From NCBI RefSeq assembly GCF_006345805.1, contig NC_043019.1, positions 32,735,360-32,799,359 on the forward strand: a DNA stretch of 64,000 nt, written 5' to 3'. Shown one piece after another: positions 52,744 through 64,000 of the stretch. The notes beneath the pieces were generated by a model. It was not told where the DNA came from. It worked only from the letters and a program-made list of their open reading frames with translations, and ran no database searches. Within the stretch, counting starts at the first letter, position 1, and every line of letters begins with the position of its first letter. The position numbers were made by a program, and so were the translations under genes. Origin of the DNA: Octopus sinensis (lineage: Eukaryota).

Positions 52744-53454
52744 TTATTATTATTTTATTTATTTTTTTTATTTTTATTTTTTTATTTTTATTTTTATTTT
52801 TTAAAATATTTTTTTTTTTAATTTTAAACTATCAAAAAGTATTAAAAGTTTAATACAAGATAAAAAGTAAAATACAAATAAGAAAATGGAGAAACAGTTT
52901 AGTTGGCTCATCAGCTTTCGGATATTAGAATGTTGACCTATTTATTTATTTATTTAACAAAAATGAGAACCTTAATAACTTTCATATATACATTATAATT
53001 CAATACATATAAAATAAGAATACAATTATAAAAATCTTCATATAAATTAAAGAAATCATTAAAATCACTTACAGCTGTTTCAGCCTGTGGAAAAGTTATA
53101 TATATATATATATTATATAGAGGGTACTATTATTCATAGGTACCGCACGCTAGGAGGGACTTTTACAGTCAAAACTACTAAAATAAACAAATTATACCGA
53201 ATGCAAAACTTCAAAGCAAGTAATTTAAAAACAGAATTTAGTTACATATTAGTTACAGAATTTAGTTACATATTAGTTACATTCTATGCTCTTCAGTGCA
53301 ACGAACTCAAGACATGTAAGAAAAAACACATCACATACCCGACAACCAACCGTAGAATTCGCCGCAACATGTACGAATGTTTATCTTTACATATCTATGA
53401 AAATGGCGGGCTTTTTTGCAATGCATTTCGGTAACAACTTGCCTACTCAGAAGA

Positions 53455-53497
<43 letters not shown>

Positions 53498-53700
53498 TCA
53501 CACACACACACATACATCCATACATACAGTGTATATACATAAATATATATCATCATCATCATCATACGTCCATTTTCCATGCTGGAATAAGTTGGACGGT
53601 TTGACAGAAACTGACCAGCTGAATGGCAGTTCAGGCTTCATCTGTTCAGGTGTGGTTTCTATGGCTGGATGCCCTTCATAATGCCACACACACACAAACA

Positions 53701-53742
<42 letters not shown>

Positions 53743-54477
53743 TAGGTACCACTTTAGCATACAGTCTACCTGGCCATTTACACTTTAGTACGGTCAGGTC
53801 ATCTCACAGCGTCGACTATAGATGCTGCAGTAGACCTCACACTGAAATAGTGCCCTCATCATCACGATGATGATGATGATGATGATGATATGTACACTTC
53901 ATTATCAAAGCTGCAAAGACATCACAAAAAAAAACTGCAACTCAGAGTTTTACATTTCCGTTCGTTGGACATCTATGATTCTGAATCACAACTGTCTGAC
54001 GTATGGGAACGTGAAACTCAGAGTAGCATATTTTTTTGTGATATTTTAGCAGCTTTAATAATAAAGCATATTACTCTACCTCTGGTATTCGAGTACTATT
54101 TCTTCCCACCTTGTTTCACATTTATGTGCTTACTCTATATATATATATATTATTAAATTAGAGACAAAACCACTATTATGCAAATCAAACAAAGAAAGAC
54201 TTAAGCCAATATATAAAATAATTTATTAAATAGATTTAATTAAATTTGCATAATAGTGGTTTTGTCTCTAATTTAATATAATATAATATTTTACTATAAA
54301 ATTGGATTCAATCCTAAATCTGATTTTTCCTGTAAATTTGGATTTATTCCCTAATATTTATTATATATATATATATATATATATATTAATAAATAAATTA
54401 AGGGTAGCGAAAAATTCCAGAAAAAAAATCTCCGCTACAGCGTCCAGCGAGAAAGAAAAGATAGTCAAAGACTATAT

Positions 54478-54898
54478 AATATACATTCAAAAATATAAGG
54501 AATGGCCATAATAGAACATCGACTCACTAAAAGAGCAGCCAAACTCAAACGCTTAAGTTGTAATCTGAAATTGAAGAGAAATATAAACGTTTTACCCCTT
54601 TCATCTCTGGACTATTGCATAGTTCGGCAAACTTGGTAAACAAATTAATTAAATTAAATTAAATTATTTACAACTGGCATGCCTCGTCAGCAGAGAAACC
54701 AAGGATGAGTATATATCCACGAGGCGATGGTAAGGAAGCCTCCAGTCTATATGCTTTAAATTTTCAAAATCTACCGCAACGTTTTTATTTCTCTTTCAAT
54801 TTCAGAATTACAACTATTAGCGGTTTGAGTTTGGCTGCTCTTTCTAGTGAGTCGAATGTCCTATTATGGCCATTCCTTATATTTTTGAATTGTATATA
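54478..54898. mobile_element. Foldback element with about 115-bp inverted arms and 186-bp spacer
   Basis: 54478-54591 is a near reverse complement of 54778-54898. Confidence 0.85.
54604..54696 (-). ncRNA. Type I hammerhead ribozyme-like motif (one A missing from GAAA)
   Basis: UCUCUG-CUGACGA-GGCA..UGCC-GAAC-UAU-GCA-AUAG-UC-CAGAGA; all three stems pair. Confidence 0.65.
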
Positions 54899-55162
54899 TA
54901 TATATATGTATATATATATAAGCAATAATAAATCTCTGAACAAGGTATAAACAGTAGCTGCACGACAATGTGAAGTATATTTGCCACTTAAATATGGCTA
55001 ACCACTAAGGGTGGATGCTACTGTAGCTTGTAGCCCCAGGGGAACATCTTCTCCAGCTGGCTATTTCCACACTTTCTGTGCCCTATCGGTATTTACAAAG
55101 GGAAGCCATCCTTCCCATCGTCGACCTTAGTGGTTAGCCACATTTAAGTGGCAAATATACTT

Positions 55163-55196
<34 letters not shown>

Positions 55197-55472
55197 CAGA
55201 CACACACATATATATACATATATATATATATATATACATACATACATATATATACATACATACATATATATATACATATATATATATATATACACATATA
55301 TATACATACATATTATATATATAAATATACATACATACAATATTATATACATAATACAATATATACATAAAAATATATATATACATACATATATATATAC
55401 ATATATATATATACATACATATATACATACATATACATACATACATATATATATACATACATAATCTATATA

Positions 55473-58276
55473 CATCATCATCATCATCATCATCATCATT
55501 TAGCGTCCGTTTTCATGCTAGCATGGGTTGGACGGTTCAACTGGGGTTGGGGAGCCCGAAGGCTGCACCAGGCAGTCAGATCTGGCAGGTTTCTACAGCT
55601 GGATGCCCTTCCTAACGCCCAACCATCCGAGAGTGTAGTGGGTGATTTATGTGCCACCGACACAGGTGCCAGACGAGGCTGGCGAACGGCCACGCTCGGA
55701 TGGTGTTTTTATGTGCCACCGACACAGGTGCCAGACGAGGCTGGCAGACGGCCATGCTCGGATGGTGTTTTTATGTGCACCGACACAGGTGCCAGACGAG
55801 GCTGGCAGACGGCCACGCTCGGATGGTGTTTTTATGTGCCACCGACACAGGTGCCAGATGAGGCTGGCAGGTGCCAGACGAGGCTGGCAGACGGCACGCT
55901 CGGATGGTGTTTTTATGTGCCACCGACACAGGTGCCAGATGAGGCTGGCGGACGGCCACGATCGGATGTTGTTTGTTACGTCCCCAAAGCACGGAGGCCA
56001 GTCTATGCGGTACTGGCTACGGCCACGTTCGGATGATTTTCTTGTGTGCCCCGGCACTGGTACCACAAAAAGACAAATTCCATTTATGCTCATCTATTTT
56101 GATTTGTTTGATTTGATTTGATTTTCACTTGCCTCAACAGGTCTCACAAGTGTCACAAGAAGGAAGGTATGCACAGGTGGACTGTCTACGTCGCCGGGTC
56201 TTCGGATGGTGTCTTTATGTGCCACCGACACAGGTGCCAGATGTGGCTGGCGAACGGCCACGATCGGATGGTTTTCTTGTGTGCCACCGGTACTGGAACC
56301 ACAAAGATACAAATTCCATTGATGTTCATCTATTTTGATTTGGTTTGATTTTCACTTGCCTCAACAGGTCTTCACAAGTGTCACGGTGTCACACACTTGC
56401 TCAACAGTTCTCCACAAGTGTCACACACTTGCCTCTGCATCAAGGTCTTCACAAAGTGTCAACAATTGCCTCTGCTCAACAGGTCTTCACAAGTGTCATA
56501 AGAGGGAAGGTATGCACAGGTGGACTGACTACGTCGAGGGTCTTTGGATGGTGTTTTTATGTGCCACCGACACAGGTGCCAGGTGAGGCTGGCGAACGGC
56601 CACGATCAGATGGTGTTTGTTGTGCCCACAGCACGGAGGCCAGTCGATGCGGTACCAGCTACGGCCACTTCGGATGGTTTTCTTGTGTGCCACCGGTACT
56701 GGAACCACAAAGATACAAATTCCATTGATATTCATCTATTTTGATTTGGTTTGATTTTCACTTGCCTCAACAGGTCTTCACAAGTGTCACAAACTTGCCT
56801 CAACAGGTCTTCACAAGTGTCATAAGAGGGAAGGTATGCACAGGTGGATGACTACGTCGCCGGGTCTTCGGATGGTGTTTATGTGCCACCGGTCACAGGT
56901 GCCAGATGAGGCTGGCGAACGGCCACGATCGGATGGGTTTGTTGTGCCCACAGCACGGAGGCAGTCGATTGCTGGTGCGGTACTGGTTACGGCCACGTTT
57001 GGGTGGTTTTCTTGTGGCCAACGGCACTGGTACCAAAAAGAATACAATTCCACTGATGTTCATCTATTTTGATTTGTTTTTGATTTGATTTGATTTTCAC
57101 TTGCCTCAAAAGGACATCTCATACTCCATAAGTGTCACAAGAAGGAAGGTATGCACAGGACTGACTACGTCCCAGGTCGGGGCCACGGGTTATGGCCTGA
57201 CTGTCTTGCCGGGTCTTCTCATGCACAGCATACTTCCATAGGTCTCGGTCTCTAGACATTTCCTTAGTGAGACCTAAAGTTCGAAGGTCGTGCTTCACAC
57301 CTCGTCCCAGGTTTTCCTGGGTCTACCTCTTCCACAGGTTCCCTCCACTGCTAGGTGTGTAGCACTTTGCACACAACTATCTTCAGCCTTCTTGTCACAT
57401 GACCATACCAGCGCAGCCGTTCTCTCGTGCACGCCACACAACTGACGCTTCTAGGTTCAGCTTCTCTCAGGAACTTACACTCTGACGATTATGAACACTG
57501 ACATTACCACATCCATCGGAGCATACTGGCTTCATTTCTTGCGAGCTTACGCATATCTCAGCAGTCACGGCCCATGTTTCACTACCATGTAGCATGGCTG
57601 TACGTACAAATGCATCATAACAGTCTCCTTTTACTCTGAGCGAGAGGCCTTTTGTCCCAGCAGGGGTAAGGGTAAGAGCTCTCTAAACTTTGCCAGGCTA
57701 TTCTTACTCTAGCAGTTACACTTTCAGCACACCCACCCGCTACTGACTTGGTCTCCTAGGTAGCGGAAGCTATCAACTACTTCTAGTTTGTCTCCCTGGA
57801 AGTGGCAGAAGTTGGCCTCTGCATATTTCCAGTGTTTATTGCTCCTGAGATTTGCCACAGACAAAAACTATTTTCCTAGTTAGCCTTCCTTTTGACATTG
57901 CTGCACCTCTTATGTGTCCATAGCTTACACTTGGTGCATCTTATAGAGTTTCTACCTACACCTTTTTTACAGATCGAGCAGGGCCATCTACCTGAAGGCG
58001 TTGTGATTGATCTACCTTCCTACTTATTAGAACTTTGGTTTTGGCTAGGTGATTCTAAGGCCCTTCGATTCTAATCCTTGTTTCCACACCGGAACTTCTC
58101 CTCCAGTTCTGATAGTGACTCAGCAATTAGAGCAAGGTCATCAGCATAGAGGAGCTCCAGGGCAACCTGTCTTGAATTCTCCGTTATTGCCCTGGAGGAC
58201 TTGATAAATAGGAGGGACTGAGGACTGAACCTTGGTGGACCCCAACCTCTACCCGGAATTCTTCACTGTACTCGTT
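55473..58276 (-). mobile_element. 5'-truncated RTE-clade LINE: RT remnant, tandemly repeated 3'UTR, (ATG)n tail
   Basis: Minus translation [11 protein letters not shown]...ELLYADDLALIAES (YADD at 58137-58148); frameshifted; 3'UTR equals family C. Confidence 0.92.
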
Positions 58277-58312
58277 ATATACACATATATATATATACAT
58301 ACATACATATAG

Positions 58313-58350
<38 letters not shown>

Positions 58351-58578
58351 ATATATCATCATATATATATTATATCTTATATACATACCTATATATATTA
58401 TATGTATACATACATATATATAGATATATATATATATACATATACATACATATATATATGTATATGTATGTTAAACAATGATAATACATACATTTATACA
58501 TGCACGCGCATACACACTTGTTTGTATGTATGTATGTATGTATATAAGCAATGAATGTCTGTCTCTCCATTATTGCAG

Positions 58579-58716
58579 GATCCGCACAGCAGGTCTGCGA
58601 GGCATCCAAGGAGTTGTACGTAAAACAGTTAGTGACGAGTTGCAAGTCAACATATGGGAGAGCGTACACATGGACAAAATAGTTCCATCACTGCTGTACA
58701 ACATGCATGATCCAAG
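58579..58716 (+). CDS. EFR3: EFR3 coding exon (IRTAGLRGIQGVVRKTVSDELQVNIWESVHMDKIVPSLLYNMHDP)
   Basis: Homology; TTGCAG acceptor, GTAGGT donor; 138 nt, phase 2 to 2. Confidence 0.98.
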
Positions 58717-58857
58717 GTAGGTACCACCCTCATGCCTTCTCTCTAATATCCCCCCCCCCGTAGCCCTTTCGTTAGAGTCTTTTGTTATTCGGAGACGAGC
58801 TCTCCTTGTGTCTCTCTGCCTTCAACAAGGTGGAACTGTTTGCTGTACAGGACCTAC

Positions 58858-59613
58858 TTCTTTGATATCCTTCTTTGATATCCTTCTTTGATATCCTTCT
58901 TTGATATCCTCTTTGATATCCTCTTTGATATCCTTCTTTGATATCCTTCTTTGATATCCTCTTAGATATCCTTCTTTGATATCCTTCTTTGATATCCTTC
59001 TTTGATATCCTTCTTTGATATCCTCTTAGATATCCTTCTTTGATATCCTTCTTTGATATCCTCTTAGATATCCTTCTTTGATATCCTCTTAGATATCCTC
59101 TTAGATATCCTTCTTTGATATCCTTCTTTGATATCCTCTTTGATATCCTTCTTTGATATCCTCTTAGATATCCTTCTTTGATATCCTTCTTTGATATCCT
59201 TCTTTGATATCCTTCTTTGATATCCTTCTTTGATATCCTTCTTTGATATCCTTCTTTGATATCCTTCTTTGATATCCTCTTTGATATCCTCTTTGATATC
59301 CTCTTTGATATTCTCTTTGATATCCTTCTTTGATATCCTCTTTGATATCCTTCTTTGATATCCTTCTTTGATATCCTCTTTGATATCCTCTTTGATATCC
59401 TTCTTTGATATCCTCTTTGATATCCTTCTTTGATATCCTCTTAGATATCCTTCTTTGATATCCTTCTTTGATATCCTTCTTTGATATCCTCTTTGATATC
59501 CTCTTTGATATCCTCTTTGATATCCTCTTTGATATCCTTCTTTGATATCCTTCTTTGATATCCTCTTTGATATCCTTCTTTGATATCCTCTTTGATATCC
59601 TCTTTGATATCCT
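58858..59613. repeat. 12/13-bp minisatellite (TTTGATATCCTC / TTTGATATCCTTC)n
   Basis: Read directly. Confidence 0.95.
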
Positions 59614-59884
59614 GCCAGCCTCGCCTGGCCCTCGTGCCGGTGGCACATAAAAAGCACCATCCGTTCGTGGCCGTTTGCCAGCTCTGTCTGGCACCAGTGC
59701 GGGTGGCACGTAAAAAGCACCCACTACACTCATGGAGTGGTTGGCGTTAGGAAGGGCATCCAGCCGTAGAAACACTGCCAGATTTGACTGGGCCTGATGA
59801 AGCCTTCTGGCTTCACAGACCCCAGTAGAACCGTCCAACCCATGCTAGCATGGAAAACGGACGCTAAACGATGATGATGATGAT

Positions 59885-60727
59885 TAGCAAGCAAAATATT
59901 TTGTCAGATTTAATGAAGCCGTAGACCTGACCAATGATGTGGGTCAAAGTAAAAGCCAGTTGTTTACCTTGAATATACTTCTTGTACGTTGTAGATTATT
60001 CGGATCCTTTCGGTTTGAACGGCAGTTTTTACTAGTGGTGTCATATGAAATTGTCACCCATAATTATGACCCTAGTATCGGTCTATTGCATTTCAATCTG
60101 TTTTAGCGTTATTTGGAGACGAGCTCTCCTTGTGTCTCTGCCTTCAACAAGGTGGAACTGTTTGTTGTACAGGACCTACTTCTTTGATATCCTCTTAGCA
60201 AGCAAAATATTTTGTCAGATTTAATGAAGCCGTAGACCTGACCAATGATGTGGGTCAAAGTAAAAGCCAGTTGTTTACCTTGAATATACTTCTTGTACGT
60301 TGTAGATTATTCGGATCCTTTCGGTTTGAACGGCAGTTTTTACTAGTGGTGTCATATGAAATTGTCACCCATAATTATGACCCTAGTATCGGTCTATTGC
60401 ATTTCAATCTGTTTTAGCGTTATTTGGAGACGAGCTCTCCTTGTGTCTCTGCCTTCAACAAGGTGGAACTGTTTGTTGTACAGGACCTACTTCTTTGATA
60501 TCCTCTTAGCAAGCAAAATATTTTGTCAGATTTAATGAAGCCGTAGACCTGACCAATGATGTGGGTCAAAGTAAAAGCCAGTTGTTTACCTTGAATATAC
60601 TTCTTGTACGTTGTAGATTATTCGGATCTTTTCGGTTTGAACGGCAGATTTTTCTAGTGGTGTCATATGAAATTGTCACCCATAATTATGACCCTAGTAT
60701 CGGTCTATTGCATTTCAATCTGTTTTA
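59885..60727. repeat. 311-bp tandem triplication
   Basis: TAGCAAGC recurs at 59885, 60196 and 60507. Confidence 0.9.
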
Positions 60728-61033
60728 GTGTTAGTGGTGGGGGAAGGGTATCTTTTTTTTCTTCACAAATGTAAATAAACCCAATCTGTTTCTTAAACGA
60801 GGGACATATTCATACAGCACAGAATGTTTTTTTACCTCAATAGACGTCAGTGATTGGTTGAAATTGCAGAAATTGAAGAAAAACAACAAATATCTTACAA
60901 ACTATCAAATTTTCTCAATAAAGCCAAGAGAAAAAGATGTGTTATAAACACATTCTACTAGTATACGGAGTTTAAAATTTTTTTGTTACCTAGAAATTAT
61001 GTTTAAAAACTGCCGTTCAAACCGAAAAGATCC
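60624..61033. mobile_element. MITE with GGATC-terminal TIRs and perfect 8-bp TSD
   Basis: GATTATTC at 60616-60623 and 61034-61041. Confidence 0.9.
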
Positions 61034-61087
61034 GATTATTCCTTATGGATATTTAAAAAAATTTTATTTAGTATTATCTGCTCTTAG

Positions 61088-61147
61088 TAGGTTGAATATC
61101 AAAGACCTTCATTCAGGTTTCTCCTCTGCCATTCTTACACATTCACC
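61088..61147 (+). CDS. EFR3: Candidate 60-nt symmetric (phase 2-2) EFR3 microexon (S-RLNIKDLHSGFSSAILTHS-P)
   Basis: CTCTTAGTAG tandem acceptor, CC|GTAAGA donor, stop-free in the frame left by exon 58579-58716; no homology support. Confidence 0.4.
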
Positions 61148-61184
61148 GTAAGATAGTTTAGTCCAGTCCTTGATGTTATCAAGC

Positions 61185-61419
61185 CATTATTTAAATTTGA
61201 CGGATATTTGTTCTCATCTTGTTTATTGTTAACACAACATTTCGGCTGATATACCCTCCAGCCGTCATCAGGTGTCTTGGGGAAATTTCGAACCTGGGTT
61301 CTCATTCCTAAGGAATTTTTTGATGTTGTTGTTATTATTATTATTAAAGTTGCTGCCTGGAATCGAACTCGGAATCTTAGGGTTAGTAGCCTGCACTCTT
61401 AACCACTACGCCATATGCC
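61185..61419 (-). mobile_element. tRNA-headed SINE-like element with a hammerhead-like motif
   Basis: A box TGGCGTAGTGG (61403-61413), B box AGTTCGATTCC (61359-61369), (AAT)n linker, hammerhead-like core at 61231-61276. Confidence 0.65.
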
Positions 61420-61903
61420 TGTGGGCAAATGTAGATAGTGTACATAATTCCTCATCTCTTAAATATAGAACTGTGTTATCAAGCTAGTTTGTTCTTGGTC
61501 TTCCTCTCTTGCGTTTTCTATGCATCTTTCTTGCTGCTCTTTCTATGTGACCAAAGTACCTTAGCTTTTTTTCAATAGTCGACATCCACTTGCTCCACTC
61601 TGTGCCAGTGCCCTGACGCTATGCTGGTGCCATGTAAAAAGTGGTCACGACGATGTCACATTAAACACACCCAGCACACACTGTAAAGTGGTTTGGCGTT
61701 AGGAAGGGCATCCAGCTGTAGAAACCGAGTCAAATCAAACTGCAACCTGGTGCAGTACTCTGGCTTGTCAGCCCAGGTCAAACCCATGCCGAAAAGGAAG
61801 AATCATATGGAATGGAAGTAAACATCAAAATGACAAAATTTATGATAGTCAGCAAGAAACAAACACATTTTTGATGGTATGGAGCCAGCTAGTAATATTG
61901 ATA

Positions 61904-62286
61904 ACTAGCAGTATCGCCCGGCGTTGCTCAGGTTTGTAAGGGAAATAACTATAAAGCATTTTTAGAGAGTTTAGCCAAAAATAGCAAAAAAATGGAAAAA
62001 AATGATGGTAAATTTTTTTTTGAGAGTAAAAAAAGTTTGAGTTGCGTCCCCTAGACAGTCTGTGGTTTATTTTTTGATTCTCGACCCCATGTCGAATTTA
62101 TCGATTTTTTCAGAACTGGGGGAACTTTTCAAAATTTTCGCTGCGTTAGTTTTGAATTATGACATTGGGCTATGTGTGTGTCAAGTTTCATCAGAATCGG
62201 TTGAAAGCCGTGGTCAGAGTGAGGGTACGAGAAAACAGACACACAGAAACACACACAGACAAACTGCCGTTTATATAGAGAGAGAT
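61904..62286 (+). mobile_element. Non-autonomous Helitron-like element
   Basis: Same termini and core as the 51768 copy. Confidence 0.6.
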
Positions 62287-62593
62287 AATAATGATAATAA
62301 TAATAATCCTTTCTGCTGGAAGCACAAGGCCTCAAGTTTGGGGGAAGGGATTAAGTCTATTACATGGACCCCAGTGTGTAACGGGGTCAATTAAATAAGT
62401 ACCAGTTGAGCAGTTGGGTCAACGTAACTGATTTAAACCTTCCTCCGAACTTGCTGGCCTTGTGCCATTTTTGAAATTATTATTAAGGTAGTAAACTAGC
62501 TGAATCATTAGCACGCTAGACAAAATACTTTGTGGAATTTTGCCTATGTTTATTTTTTGAGTTCAAATGCTGCTGAAGTTGGAGTCGGATCTA

Positions 62594-62771
62594 CCGTATT
62601 TTAACGTGCATAAGGAATCCTTTTTTGTCAAAAATTTGGTTAGAATATATGGGAGTTTCTTATACATGGATAGTATTATAATCCCTAACAAAATCCTTTT
62701 TCCAAATTTTAAGCCCCCAAAATTAGGGGCTTCCTTATACACGGGGTTTCCTTGTACATGTTAAAATATGG
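62594..62771. mobile_element. TA-flanked Tc1/mariner-superfamily MITE
   Basis: TIRs CCGTATTTTAACGTGCATAAGG / reverse complement CCATATTTTAACATGTACAAGG; TA on both sides. Confidence 0.75.
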
Positions 62772-63199
62772 TAATTGGATTTCCTCCCCACCACTAAAAT
62801 TGTTGGCTGCGTGTCTAAATTTTAAACCATTTTTATTTTTATTATTTATTTTTTTCTTCCTCCTTCTATATTCCTTTTTCTTCATTGTTTTTTTTTTGTA
62901 TATTTACTTTTCCCTTTCTTTCTTCATCTTTTCTTATGCTTCCTCTTTTTTTATTTTTTCCTTCGGCCTCCTCTTCTATTTCTATCTTCTGTTATTAGAA
63001 TGACTGATGAAGATGACAATGCAACGGAGTCATTTTATATAAGGTAAAAATGAACACACACCCTTTACAGTCACACACCCTTTACAGTCACCTCTCACAG
63101 TCCAGTTCCCATTTATTAGGCAACTCCACTATCATAAGCTCATGCAACTCCTATGCATCGTAACCAACCAGCTGACCGCCATATTATCTCACCTATGCT

Positions 63200-63246
63200 G
63201 CACAACTATATATATATATAAAAATAAATATATCTATCAAGCTCTA

Positions 63247-63296
<50 letters not shown>

Positions 63297-64000
63297 TAAT
63301 ATATATATATATATATTAATAATATATTAATAATATATATAATATATATTAATAATATATTAATAATATATATATATATATTAATAATATATTAATAATA
63401 TATATATATATATATTAATAATATATTAATAATATTATATATATATTAATAATATATTAATAATATATATATATATATTAATAATATATTAATAATATAT
63501 ATATATATATTAATAATATATAATAATATATATATATATATATAATAATATATAATAATATATATATATATATAATAATATATTAATAATATATATATAT
63601 ATATATTAATAATATATTAATAATATATATATATATATTAATAAATATTAATAATATATATATATATATTAATAATATATTAATATATATATATATATAT
63701 TAATAATATATTATAATATTATATATATATTAATAATATATTAATAATATATATATATATATTAATAATATATTAATAATAATATATATATTAATAAATA
63801 TTAATAATATATATATTATATATTAATAATATATTAATAATATATATATATATATTAATAATATATTAATAATATATATATATATATTAATAATATATTA
63901 ATACTATATAATATATATTAATAATATATTATAATATATATATATATAGAATATATTAATAATATATTAATAATATATATATATATATATATATTAATAA
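63200..64000. repeat. AT-only satellite (TATTAATAATATATA...)n running off the window end
   Basis: Read directly. Confidence 0.95.

Noticed and set aside
52889-53085. Hammerhead fragments (CUGAUGAGCC at about 52905 and GAAACAGCUGUA at about 53070)
   Set aside because: Wrong order and spacing for a single fold; stems incomplete
59064-59838. KEDI/GYQR repeat ORFs
   Set aside because: Antisense translation of the 12/13-bp minisatellite
61575-61700. Next EFR3 exon after TTTCAATAG
   Set aside because: Translation does not resemble the expected EFR3 segment and runs into a family C repeat and a stop

Overview
AT-rich eukaryotic genomic DNA, very likely a coleoid cephalopod (Octopus). This is inferred from the repeat families and the huge TA/TG/TATG arrays. 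One protein-coding gene is recognisable: the 5' part of EFR3 (cmp44E/Rolling blackout; scaffold of the plasma-membrane PI4KIIIalpha complex) on the + strand. It has five homology-supported GT-AG coding exons (41004-41080, 48182-48312, 49106-49256, 51497-51618, 58579-58716) that splice in frame, and the gene runs off the right end. Two phase-compatible candidate first coding exons (21244-21271, 33379-33526) and a candidate 60-nt in-frame linker microexon (61088-61147) are predicted from splice signals only. The rest is repeat-derived: several tRNA-headed SINE families, RTE/RTEX/CR1 LINE remnants, a deleted DD37D (maT) Tc1/mariner element, piggyBac-like, mariner-like and 8-bp-TSD MITEs, non-autonomous Helitron-like elements, foldbacks, mini- and microsatellites. 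The most notable unexplained signal is a set of type I hammerhead-ribozyme-like motifs in several unrelated small repeats. One is near-canonical and sits in the centre of a foldback, one carries a U3-A8 covariation, and one lies behind a Pol III tRNA-like head. All motifs were folded by eye; none has been tested computationally or experimentally.
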